A stretch of DNA of 64,000 nt. It comes from Azolla caroliniana. Lineage: Eukaryota > Plantae > Polypodiophyta. How positions within the stretch are numbered: position 1 is the stretch's first letter; the number at the start of each line of letters is the position of its first letter. The position numbers and the translations under genes are program-made. Shown here one piece after another: positions 25,557 through 36,429 of this stretch. Location of the stretch: the NCBI GenBank assembly GCA_043228905.1, contig JBHGNT010000007.1, positions 10,788,001 to 10,852,000 of the forward strand. The letters are read 5' to 3'. The notes below the pieces were generated by a model. The model was given only the letters and a program-made list of their open reading frames with translations. It did no database searches and was not told where the DNA came from.

Positions 25557-25935
25557 AAGATGTCGAGGTTTTCCTCGCGGATGCGTGGAATGAGGCGGGA
25601 CCTCGGGGGTCCTGTACCAAAGAGCAAGAGAGAAAGGAGAAGATGCCCACTATGTGCGAGAGTAGATTCACAGGGACACGGCCCTTCGACACAAAGACGC
25701 GAGTGGGACAGTGACACAGGGAGACACAAACGTATGTATGTATTAACAAAGACAAACAACACAACACGGAGTCGGTTACAACTGAACAGGCCGGCGAACA
25801 GATGCCGATACCTGTTCCTAAACGCACAGAAAGGAAGGAGTAGGTTGGAGGTGCTGCCGGAAGCACTCGGGCATTCCTCAGAGCAGCGCGAGCCTCCCGA
25901 AACCTGCACAGAAGGAAGCTATGGCGTTTGCGAAC

Positions 25936-25969
<34 letters not shown>

Positions 25970-26417
25970 CCTTCGCCCACGAACCGACAGCACTTCGTCC
26001 TCGACTCCCCGCGATCCCATCCCCCTTCTCGTCTCCCTCCTTTTATAGGCAAGGAAGGAGCCGTTTCCCCTTTACTTCCTACCCACTAAATCTACCTGCC
26101 TAGGATCTTCTATGGACAACATTCGAGAAGAGCCGGGTCCTACGCTCCTGTGCACCGATTCCGCTTGTGGACGGTTTTCTTCACGACAACGCGACATGCA
26201 CACACTCGAAAAAGGCGCAAGAATGCACAGACAAAAACCACTGCACGTAGACACCCTCTACTTTCGCGAACCCAGGAGCACAGAAGCACCAAGACGTTGC
26301 AAGATCATCAGACGAGAACCCGCACACAGAGAACCCCCGCCTTCTGAACTCTCTCTTTCTCAACCTCGCTCTCATCACCATCCAACCTCGCCACCGCCAT
26401 CCGACCTGGACGTAGAC

Positions 26418-29314
26418 ATGGACCCGCAAACGCTGTCGGAAGCCACCAAGACATGGCTGAAGCAACACGGGCTCGAGGGCTTCTTGATGATGATGGAAGT
26501 ACCGCCACACAAAGAAGCCGACAAAGTGATCAAGGAAATCGATACAGAGGTCATAACGGCAGAGGCGATTCGAGCGTTAACAGGCCTTCCGGAGGGAGGC
26601 ATACTCACGATCAACAATCCAACCCCGGAGCAACTCATCAGGTATTTTGGTGAGTACTCACTAGCCAGCAAGGGCTACCGGACACAGGGTGGTGGAGATA
26701 TGTTGTTCCGCGAGATTGCTCGTGTGCTCCACGAATACGGCCACGTGTACCCTAGACCCCCTATCATGCCGCAGAACCTGGAAGGGATGCTCATCGCCAC
26801 CTATGAAGGGATCAAGGTGGATTGGCCGGTATTGATCGCAAACGGCTTGTGTGCGGCGATCGAGATCGTCAGAGGCAAAGACGGCAAAGAAGGCCGAGAC
26901 GGATGAAGGATATGGTACGCCGTAACGCAGTGGCTCACCTTGCTGGTTCCACCCGTTCAGACCGTCCAGCCTAAGAATAGAGGAAGAGTGGCGGACGGCA
27001 CCCCAAGGACGGCACCCCAAGGACGGCTTCCAAACGGCAACAGTTGTTGGCCTGTAAGGCCACTAAGGGAAAGGCGGCGGATGCAGAACAAGCGGCATCA
27101 GGAAGTGGTAGCCGGAAGCGCCCAACGGAGGCGCAGGAGGAACCACCGGCACGGCCCGTAAAGGTCACACTCCGCCGACCGGTGAATAGAGAAGCGGACC
27201 CCTTGGCGGCAAAACTCAATGCCGGAGCTTAGGAGGAGGAAATAGAGGAGGAGCCTACAGAGCACCTCCAGCAACGGTCGTCGGCAAGGACCGTTGAGGC
27301 AGCCGGGAAACGTTCGGACCCTCAGACGGAGGGAACACCGGCTTCCCTTACTGAGACTCCCACGCCAAGGAAGGAACCGGAACCGGTGCATATGGAACCG
27401 GAAACAGAAGCCCCGGCATCACCGGCAACACCGGCAAGTCCCATCCCGCCAGAGCCGGAAAGGTCAATGTAGCCTCCTTCGGTCAGCCAAGAAGAAGCGC
27501 AAGGGGAACCAGGACAGCAGGGTGGTCCACGGGCAGAAACGAAACTGCAACTCGGCGCAACCAGGCGGGACCACCTCTCTACAAGTGAGCCCCTCTGTCA
27601 AACCTCCGTGCAAGCACAACAAGGCACCGGTAGCCTGTGGCTCCGGTGGATAGGCGAACAGATAGCCGGAGCAATGGGGTATATTGAGGCGGAAGAAAGA
27701 GCGCAAAGCGAACGGTTGCTCATCACAACCGAACAACTAGAGACGGCTCGGTCCAGAATCCGGTGCCTTGAAAAAGACTTGGATCAGGTCACGACAGAGA
27801 TGGCCAAAATACGGATCCAATCACCGGTGACTCCGGTAAGTGTACAGAATAAAGCAACGGAACGACCTGTACATAGCAATAAGACCCCGGCAACGGAAAC
27901 CGTTCCAGCGAGAGATGCGGCGCAAGCCCAGGAGCTTGCGGAATTGAGAGATGAACTTGCCGCACAAGAAGCGCTAAGGAGCCGTGAACGAGAATTGAAG
28001 ACGGGGGCCGAAGCCGAATTAAAGAAGACTGCTGAGAACCTCCGCCGGGCAGAGGAGAGCCTCCGGAAAGGCCATCAAGCGTACGACCGGCTAAAGGAGG
28101 AGAAAGACAAAGTGCTGCAGGAAAAGGACAAGCTGCGGAAAACGGCGGAAACAGAGATTGAACGGCTAAAGGAAGAGCTTCGCCAGTAGAAGGACCGTGA
28201 GGACCGGGCCCGTCGTCAGATCAACGCACGGCTCAAGCAAAAGACGGATGATTTTGAGCACTTGCACCGGGACTACAAACGGCTGGAAACGGAGCATAAA
28301 GAACGGATGGCCGAGCTCCAGCAGGCAGTTGATCGGGCCGCGACGGCAATCGCCGACGAACGGGCGGAAAATACAAGACGCTTGGACGAGGCGGAGAAGG
28401 TCTAGATGGAGCTCCAGAGGCAGCAGCAGGAAGACAAAGAGAGAGCGTCAACAGTATTGCAGAAATTACAAAGCACATATCAAAGGCAATTGACGCATTA
28501 TAAGGCGCAAGCGGAGGACAACGTCAAAATCAACAAACAACTGAAGGAGGAACGGCAAGCGGCGGAAACCAAATTGCAATTGGGAACGAGCTGGATTCAG
28601 TCCATCCTCCGAGCATGGCTGAATCAGACAAAACACTTTATTGATGAAAGCTCCGTAAAATGGTGGACAAAGTGGGCACAAAACGCGGCAGAACTCTAGT
28701 TGCTACGGGCGGATGTGGCAAACCGGCGGAAGGAAGGAGATGACTATTATACGTTGACTTCCGAGAACTTCACCGCCATACGGGACGAGCTGGCCGACGA
28801 CCTCCAAGTCCTGGCAGATGAACAGCTGGCGCAGGTCAGGCAGCTCGTAGCTCAGCTGGACGATGATAGGCTGGACGCTCAAATCTAGTTTGAAAGCTAC
28901 GAGCGGTCCCGGGTGCGGGAAGAAAAAGCACGGGAAGCGGCAACGGTTAACCTTATTGATGAGGAACTGTCGCCGGCTGAGGGCCAACCGGGAACCAATC
29001 AACCGGAGACCACTACGACGCAGGGAGCAACGACAGAGACGCCGGTGTCAGAGCCACAAAGGGAGGAGCAGCCGTAGCAACCACCAACGGACCCGCCGCA
29101 GCAGACAGCAACAGAGCAGCAACAACAACAACAACAACAACCACTTCCAGATGAACCATTGGAGCCTCTCGAACAAAGCATTCCGGACATTTTGGACGAA
29201 GAATAGCAAGGGTCGGTTGTGGATTCGATGTACAAGGTACTGTCCCACGGGCGTGCCATGTGTTACCGGCCGGAAAAGGAGTCCAGAGTGGGAAACGGAG
29301 AGTTAATTAAGTAG
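26418..29314 (+). pseudogene. Extra ORF3 of the large Gypsy: PMD/transposase-like N-terminus, low-complexity linker, long coiled coil
   Basis: VITAEAIRALTGLPEGG..VDWPVLIANGL N-terminal domain. ORF pieces 27044, 27608, 28406 and 28700 share one frame and are separated by TAG codons. E/K/R/Q-rich heptads and polyQ near 29120. Confidence 0.75.
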
Positions 29315-29696
29315 TAGGAATGTGGTTGTAATTAAGCTATGAGTGTGGACGGACGGACCGGAAACGGTATGCTATTCCGGATCCGGACCGATCCCGAACA
29401 GGTGCGGATGGCACCATTTTGTAATACAGACCGGAAACCTATTTAAAGGCCCGAATATAATGTAATAGTTAACGGTTAATTAATGAAAGCTTAAGCGTTG
29501 TTATCTCTCTGTGTTAATTGTCGTTCTGTCTTAATTGTTATATCTTACGCGTGTGTTATAAAAGACGATCATAATAAGTAACTTAACCAAGTAGGATTAA
29601 GCGTTGAAGTCTAATCCGGTTGCCGTAACACCTTTTGGTGAAGTGTCTCCCGTAGACACCCTGTGTTAGGCCATTGTCCGGCCCGAAGAGTTAACA
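29261..29696 (+). repeat. 3' LTR of the large Gypsy
   Basis: Direct repeat of 13173-13608, followed by TSD AGTCA. Confidence 0.96.
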
Positions 29697-29935
29697 AGTC
29701 AAAGAGTCACCCCTTAGTTCGTGGCTGTTGAAAGTATGCCTAGTGGCATTGTCTCTCTAAGAGTGAGAGGGATGCATATCCTCTCATTAGTCTTTCTTTG
29801 ACTGCCTATGTCATAAAAAATTTACATGAGCGAGCATTGCAAGTGACTCCAAGATATACATATGATCCAACTACCTCAAATCGTCAATGAAAGAGGGTTT
29901 GGTGACATTTAGTCCTACCTCAACTACTCTATGAG
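29697..29935 (-). mobile_element. Continuation of the RTE-X-like LINE 11189-13172
   Basis: Collinear with 34943-35175. Joins across the AGTCA TSD. Confidence 0.85.
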
Positions 29936-30154
29936 AGAGAGAGAGATAGAGTAAAGCAAGAGAGAAAAAGAGAGAGATTAAGTGTTAATCCAAAGTAAAT
30001 TGTAGGTAGATTGTAGGTGTTTGAAAACCACTCCCACCCGGTTTGCCACAACTAAGGGATACAACAGTCCATACCCAAGACCAACGACATCAACAAGAGG
30101 ATAAAAACTCCCATTGATTTATCGATACACTCCATGAGGCGCACGAAAGTGACA

Positions 30155-30478
30155 CACCACCTCCTATTGAACTTGAAGATAGACTAGAGTACGAAGTTGT
30201 TGCTATTCTTGATTCCAAGATTGTTAATAAAAAGTTATATTATTTGGCGGATTGGTTAGGCTATAGTACCAGTAGTGACCAAACTTGGGAACCGGTAGAG
30301 AATGTTGCAAATCCTCAATACTTGTTGAGAAATTTCATCAACAACACCCAGACAAACTAGGTCATCAACAAATGACAACTCGTAACATTCGTCGTTCAAA
30401 AAGGGGGTAATACCATTATTTGAATAGTGACGAGTCGTAACATTCGTCATTCAAAAAAGGGGTAATACCATTATTTAA
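30155..30478 (+). pseudogene. Chromovirus integrase chromodomain and PPT (PPT region duplicated)
   Basis: PPPIELEDRLEYEVVAILDSKIVNKKLYYLADWLGY..QTWEPVENV..FHQQHPDK, followed by AAAAAGGGGGTAATAC and a second near-copy. Confidence 0.88.
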
Positions 30479-30499
30479 ACCTTGGACCTTACAATACTC

Positions 30500-30800
30500 G
30501 TTACATTCATCTCTCCTGCTATCGCAATCTTGACACCCTTTATAATGAGCCCTTGGTCCCATGGTGGTGTGTGCAAGGGCATCGTCTGATTGCTCCAATG
30601 TTGGCCACCCTTTATAATGAGTAGGCCAGTTGCTATGCAACAGAATCCACTACCCTTTGTAGCTGGTAGAGATATGGTTATGGAGAAAAGTTTCCTGCCC
30701 TCTATAGCCACTACCGCAATAGCTATGACACGAAGTTGTGTGCCCTTTGTAATCCATGAGTGTGTTGCTATTGTGGCAGTGCTAGAGAGCTGATATGCCT
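30500..30800 (-). repeat. Degenerate 45-bp periodic repeat
   Basis: CCCT(T/C)T(A/G)TA at 30536, 30608, 30653, 30698 and 30743 (spacing 72, 45, 45, 45). Confidence 0.55.
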
Positions 30801-31010
30801 ACACCAAACCCATAGAGTATCAAACAATGAATGCAATTCTGTGCAGGGGTTTTCTTTTTTAAATAACAAACATCATGATCCACTTGTTCCTAGGTCGAGA
30901 GGTTGTGCCTCGTTTGTTGCTCCATGAATCACCAAAAAGAAAGGGAAAACAAAAAGAAATTAATATGCTTTCATCCCAACTATTATTAAAGTCTAACTAA
31001 CAAATTAAGA

Positions 31011-31320
31011 TGTTGAGTGTCAACCAAACATGGGCCAAATCGACTCAAGAATCCGAGAGCCAGATCGGACGAAGGTCGATGAACTAGGCCCGAATCGGCT
31101 GAATAAGCCGAAAGCCAAATCAGCTGCTAGGCCGAATCGGTTAGCCGGATCGGTAGAAGCCAACAAGCTGTTAGGACCAATATTCCTAGTAATAGGAATA
31201 CTTCTGGGAGCTAGTGTCAGATGCTCTTTTAAGAGCATTGAAGTAACTATTAGTACTTCATGTTAGCCCTATTAGAGGGCTTTTATAAAAAGTGCTCTGT
31301 GAGCATATTCGAAGTACTGA
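31011..31320 (+). repeat. Copia LTR fragment (hairpin-cassette family), U3 to TATA
   Basis: Starts TGTTGAG. GAGCATTGAAGTA...TATAAAAAGTGCTC is the reverse-orientation homolog of 35906-36324. Confidence 0.72.
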
Positions 31321-31389
31321 GTCCTTTTTTCAGGTAATGGAATTTGTTCATTTGCGATGTGAGACAGGGCGTTGGGGCACAAGTGCTCT

Positions 31390-31616
31390 GTGAGCATATT
31401 CGATCATGATTTCCACATCTCTTCGACCGAGCCCAATACTTGCATGAATTCCTCTCACAACCACAATGTGCACTCTCAATTGCAACATTCATTGGTAAAT
31501 TTCTTGAACCTCGAGAGTCACTACTCTCACACGTATCACGTGAAATGTAATATTTTTGGTCTCATAGGTCATATTTGACCTCCGAAGACAATAATATAAT
31601 CTCTCTCTCTCTCTCT
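31390..31616 (+). mobile_element. RTE-X-like LINE 3' end with (CT)n tail
   Basis: Reverse-complement homolog of 8553-8770. Confidence 0.85.
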
Positions 31617-32409
31617 TACGCTGTGTTTTCCAACTATATGTTTTCTGCTGTCCAGCCAAGCCAGCTATGTTCGCACATAACACTTCCACATAAGCAAAAC
31701 GTAAGGAATTATGGAACAAAGAAAAGAAAGAGGGATGTTAAACCACCTAATCACCTTCGAGCAACAATGCGAGACCGACCCAAACCTGCTCGATGTCCAA
31801 TACCCTCGAGAGTTTATGCAAATCATTATCTAGGTAAACTGAGGATCACATGTGCTTAGCTATCAAGAGCCATAGCCACACTATCATCATCTTAACATAA
31901 GTCAAGCCTCCTTGATAAGAATGTAGCTAGCATTCTTATATAAATAGAAAAGCTAGGCCCTAGTGTGTTCACACTTGACTACTTTAAATGAACTCCTCAA
32001 TTGATAGCATACTTAATAGTTATCCCATATCGTAGAATTGAATATTACATTCATACTCTCATTCCGTTTATAATTAACCCACACGCACCCATCATAAGAT
32101 TAGGGATAGCTACAAAAAACCTATCTCATGATCAATTATGGTTATGCACATAACAACTAGTTATTGATTAACCATTCAGATTCAAAATGTCAAGGTCATA
32201 ATCAATAATAAGATAGAATTATAGGAAAGAACAATAATATTAACAAGATAAATAATATGAGAATGTAATTTATTAACAAGAAGAAGGAAATTACAACTAT
32301 ACACTCAACAAGGAATGTAAAATGGTTTATCTCCATGTTCTTATATGGAACCTCATCTAGGAGAGTCGGCTTCTCATGAACCCTTGTGTTTTGATCATTG
32401 TGATTGATG

Positions 32410-33200
32410 AAAACTACCATTCTAAAGCAACCCATAGATTCAACTACCATTGATTCCATTTGTAGTGATGTTATAACAAAAGAATTTGCAAAATATATCT
32501 TGAATCATATTGTTCCATATTGTACTTCTTGTTCAAGGACAAAGAGTTCTAGTAAACACTATAGTCAATTCAGTAGATGTGATCATTTGCTTTTTCGAAA
32601 TAATTTACTACATGTTCTTGATTGTCATTCTTGACTTCTAGTGCATAACATTGCTATGACATGCTAATGGCTAGACATTTTGGAGTCTATAAGACTTCAG
32701 AGTTAGTTTCTGAAACATATTGGTGGTTGAAACTCCATAGCTTTGTTGAGGACTACATTCATAATTGTGCATGTTGTCAATCAAATAGTTCTCATCCATA
32801 TGAGTTATTACAATACTTACATGTTTGTGGTAGTCCATGGAAGTATATCATTGGGATTTCATTACAGATCTCCCATCTTTCAAAGGTTTTGATGTCATTC
32901 TCATTGTAGTGAATTGGTTCACTAAGATGACACATTACCTTCCATGTACAAAGACTATCGATATTTGAGAGATAATAGATCTGATTATGTGTGAAGATTG
33001 GTTCACTAAGATGACACATTACCTTCCATGTACAAAGACTATCAATATTCGAGAGACAATAGATCTTTAGGCATCGTGATCTTCCAAATGACATTATTAA
33101 CGATCAAGGCCCACAATTTTATCTCTAAAATTTGAAAACATTAGTGGTCAAACCAAAGGTACAAATCAAACATAAGAGTGGTATCTTTGTTGTTTCATGT
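32410..33200 (+). pseudogene. Tcn1-like integrase fragment, heavily decayed
   Basis: ARHFGVYKTSELVSETYWW..FVEDYI matches 42821-43690. Contains an internal tandem duplication. Confidence 0.75.
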
Positions 33201-33299
33201 AAAAACTATTATGTGGAAGCCTAGACAAAACCGACTAGTCCAGTTGGCAGCAGAAGACAAAATGGAGGTTTAATGGAAAGCTTGAGTACATGGGAGAGA

Positions 33300-35905
33300 T
33301 AGAGAAAGAAACAAACAAACAAATCTATATATTAACGTCTTCTAAGGCGAAAATTGGCCCATGAGAAATGGTTTACAACAAAAAATGAGATATTTATCCA
33401 ATCATCGAAACTAAAAAATAAAAATAAAAATACAATTTTAAGCTAGATAGTGCTAGTAAAATAAAATAACAAGCATATGCTACAATGAAAATGATGTTAT
33501 ACTAGGCCTAATTTCATTTCCATCCAAGTCTCTTGAAGAGAAGCGGGAGGTCAAAGGGTTTTGATGTGGATGTGGCCCGTGGCCCCAATGTAAAAGATAC
33601 CCCAACCATAGCTTCTAGTCGATGTAGCTCACATTCCCTTATCTTCTTAATCCTTTCTACTTCGTGTCGACTTGTTTTGAAGCCCAACATCCGAGGAAAT
33701 TTGGTTTTTCTTTGCATTTCAGCTTCCTCAAGAGAGAGGCCAAGCAGCGTAAGTGTATCCACATTCATTGTCTCCCCTTGTTCCTGAAAAATTGCACTAG
33801 TTACAAGTTGATGAATAGTAAAAGGGTTATGTTATGGTTAATACTTTGTAATTTATTCTCCCTATATTGTTTTAACTCTAAGATATACCTACCTAGTCTC
33901 TTTACATCTGGGGTATCTAATAGTTTGGAGAGAGTGGGAGAGGGTCCTATTATGGCTTGGTATTCCACTTGTATCTTGGCATAAGTTGGGCACTTGCATG
34001 TGAAGTGATACTCATCCTCTATCTCTATGTGGCACAACCTACATAGCCTTTCCTCCCTAGGGACTCAATTAGCTCGACCATTCTCAATCTCAAGTTGCTG
34101 AGATGATATCCTAAGTTGTCCAATGGCAACCCTTAGTGCATTTGATAAGAATGTATCTAGATATCTTGGTCGTGTAATAAAACCTAACTGAGAGAAGTGC
34201 AAGAATTGTTCCTTATAGCACAACATTTTAGATGGGAGTGGCTCTCGTGGGATGATCCATTTATATCAAGTGTAAATTTGCCATATTTCTTGGCATATCA
34301 CTTTATTACGGTCTTCATGAGATATTAGAGTTTGGTCAGTCCCATGGTTGTACTTAAGGGGGGGTAGGTTATTAATGTCTATGCCGTTTGCAAGTAACCA
34401 ACTCACCACGGTACTATACCAAGAGCTAGTGTCTCCAGACGCATGTAGGGATCGAGATACCTCAAAGGTTCGACAGGATATCCTATCTTGTGGTTGGCTA
34501 TGTATCCGATGAATAAAAACTACCACTTGAAACAATGCTTCTACTAACATCGGGGGCAAACTAACATGGTTGTACTTAAGGGGGGGTAGGTTATTAATGT
34601 CTATGCCGTTTGCAAGTAACCAACTCACCACGGTACTATACCAAGAGCTAGTGTCTCCAGACGCATGTAGGGATCGAGATACCTCAAAGGTTCGACAGGA
34701 TATCCTATCTTGTGGTTGGCTATGTATCCGATGAATAAAAACTACCACTTGAAACAATGCTTCTACTAACATCGGGGGCAAACTGAACTCTGCTCTAATG
34801 ATGTCATATGGTACTGTCAATTTGCTTCGGAGTTGACATGATAACATCGTCACCAAAGGTTTCTCTAATTGCGTCCCCATGAAAGATGGTAGACCTGGAG
34901 CCCATACTACTGATGCATAAATGAGGGAAGGGGTTACTAATGAGTCGAAGACCCATCCCTTAGTCTGTGGCTCTCGAAAGTATGCATGGTGGCATTGTCT
35001 CTCTAAGAGTGAGAGAGATGCATACCCTCTCGTTAGCCTATCTTTGGCTGCCTAGGTCATTGAGAATTTACCCGAGCGAGCACTAAAAGTGACTCCCAAG
35101 TATACATATGATCCAACTACCTCAACTAGTTTATGAGAGAGGATTAGGTGACATTTACTCCTAACTTGGGACGATGTATGAAGGATAAGAACTTTAGTTT
35201 TTGCTAAATTCACTACCAATCCTCGTTGCGTACAAAAGTCATCTAGGGCATTAAGATTCTTTTATAGGTCGTGTTCTGACTCCGAGAGCAAGACAATGTC
35301 GTCTGTGTAGAGTAAGAGACTAACTTTCGTATCCCCAATAGCTACTCCCTTGCCTCCCTTACAAGCAATAAAATCAGTGATCTCATTAATGTAGATCCCA
35401 AAAAGAGTCGGTGATAGGGGGCAACCCTGTTTTACACTAATGGTGCTAGTAAAACAATCGGATAGGCCACCTGGGCATCTTACACACCTAGAGACATGCT
35501 CATATAAGGCATAAATGGCCCAAATCATGTCATTTGGTATCTCGAAGCTCTTAAGTCTATCAAACAACTTCTCCCTAGGAACTGTGTCAAAGGCTTTGCG
35601 GAAGTCCACCGTTTCTTCTTACGAGCCTTTGTATGGTCAATTAAGCACCTAAGTGTGAAGATATGGTCAATAGTGGAGAAGGCTCATCTAAAGCCAGCCT
35701 GCTTAGGTGCTTGAAGACTTAATGTTTCCATATAATCACTGAGTTCTGCTTCCATTATCGCACCATATAGTTTAGAGAGCGTATGACCTATCATAATGGT
35801 CCTATATGTATTTGGGTCCATTGGGTCCCCTCCTTTATGTATAGGGGCCACTGTGTTCATGGTCCATTGTGGTGGAAAACCCTCGGCGAGGGCACGGTTG
35901 AAAAT
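33300..35905 (-). mobile_element. RTE-X-like LINE, 5'-truncated ORF2 (RT to C-terminus) with (GTTT)n tail
   Basis: PIHKGGDP..YRTI..QAGFR; DFRKAFDTV..QGCPLSPTLF..YTDD; LCHIEIEDEYHFTCKC; C-terminal extension ending LFKRLGWK. Confidence 0.9.
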
Positions 35906-36390
35906 TAGAGTGAGAAAACAGAACAAAACTCAATTAAAAAATAATAATACTCTGTACATACAAATGTCCTATAGAACACTTTTTATACAAGTCCTTTAAA
36001 GGACTGATAGAAGTATTGACATGTACTTCAATGCTCATACGGGCGACTGACACTAACTCTAAGGAATATGCCTATGTACTACGCTCAGATGGTAGGCTCC
36101 AACGGCCTACCGGTTCTCCGGCCCGACTCTAAGTTTCGGATACCAATCTATCATACGGGCGACTGACACTAACTCTAAGGAATATGCCTATGTACTACGC
36201 TCAGACGGTAGGCTCCAACGGCCTACCGGTTCTCCGGCCCGACTCTAGGTTTTCCGCTCCGGATACCGATCCGGCTCTAGCTTATTTAGCCGATCCAGAT
36301 CCGGTTGAGCTTGCCCGCTCAACACTCCCCCTCAAGCTCAACTTGAGGCTGGATCGCTATGTGTGTCCGTCGGCCCTTCAGCCATACCAT
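35906..36390 (-). repeat. Copia 3' LTR fragment (starts 36324) with PPT
   Basis: Minus strand CTTGAGGGGGAG-TGTTGAG. Contains an internal ~100-bp duplication. Confidence 0.8.
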
Positions 36391-36429
36391 TTCCTATGGC
36401 TGAGATTCCCAGAATTCCTCAAAGTGTGA

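Larger units (their letters stand above)
19556..26140 (-). mobile_element. Nested antisense Ty3/Gypsy element (fungal-like RT signature), tRNA-Trp primed
   Basis: Direct repeats 19556-20074 (truncated 3' LTR) and 25561-~26140 (5' LTR). TACGC on both flanks. Gag 25540-24050, protease VDHGSEIN 24037-23390, RT FLDD 23375-21873, RNase H and integrase to ~20075. Confidence 0.93.
13173..29696 (+). mobile_element. Ty3/Gypsy element (Athila/Tat-like non-chromovirus) with both LTRs, an extra 3' ORF and a nested insertion
   Basis: 436-bp LTRs (13173-13608, 29261-29696) with TG..CA ends, TSD AGTCA, PBS TGGCGACCAC (tRNA-Arg-like), and gag-PR-RT-RH-INT order. Confidence 0.96.

Noticed and set aside
30500-30800. 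CRISPR-like array
   Set aside because: The constant part is only about 9 bp and degenerate, the context is eukaryotic TE sequence, and there are no cas genes.
31620-32400. Unassigned AT-rich segment as a gene or promoter
   Set aside because: No recognisable ORF, termini or partner repeat in the window, so no call is supported.
33514-33768. Independent small ORF3 in the LINE 3' UTR
   Set aside because: Comparison of the two copies shows it is the frameshift-separated C-terminus of ORF2.
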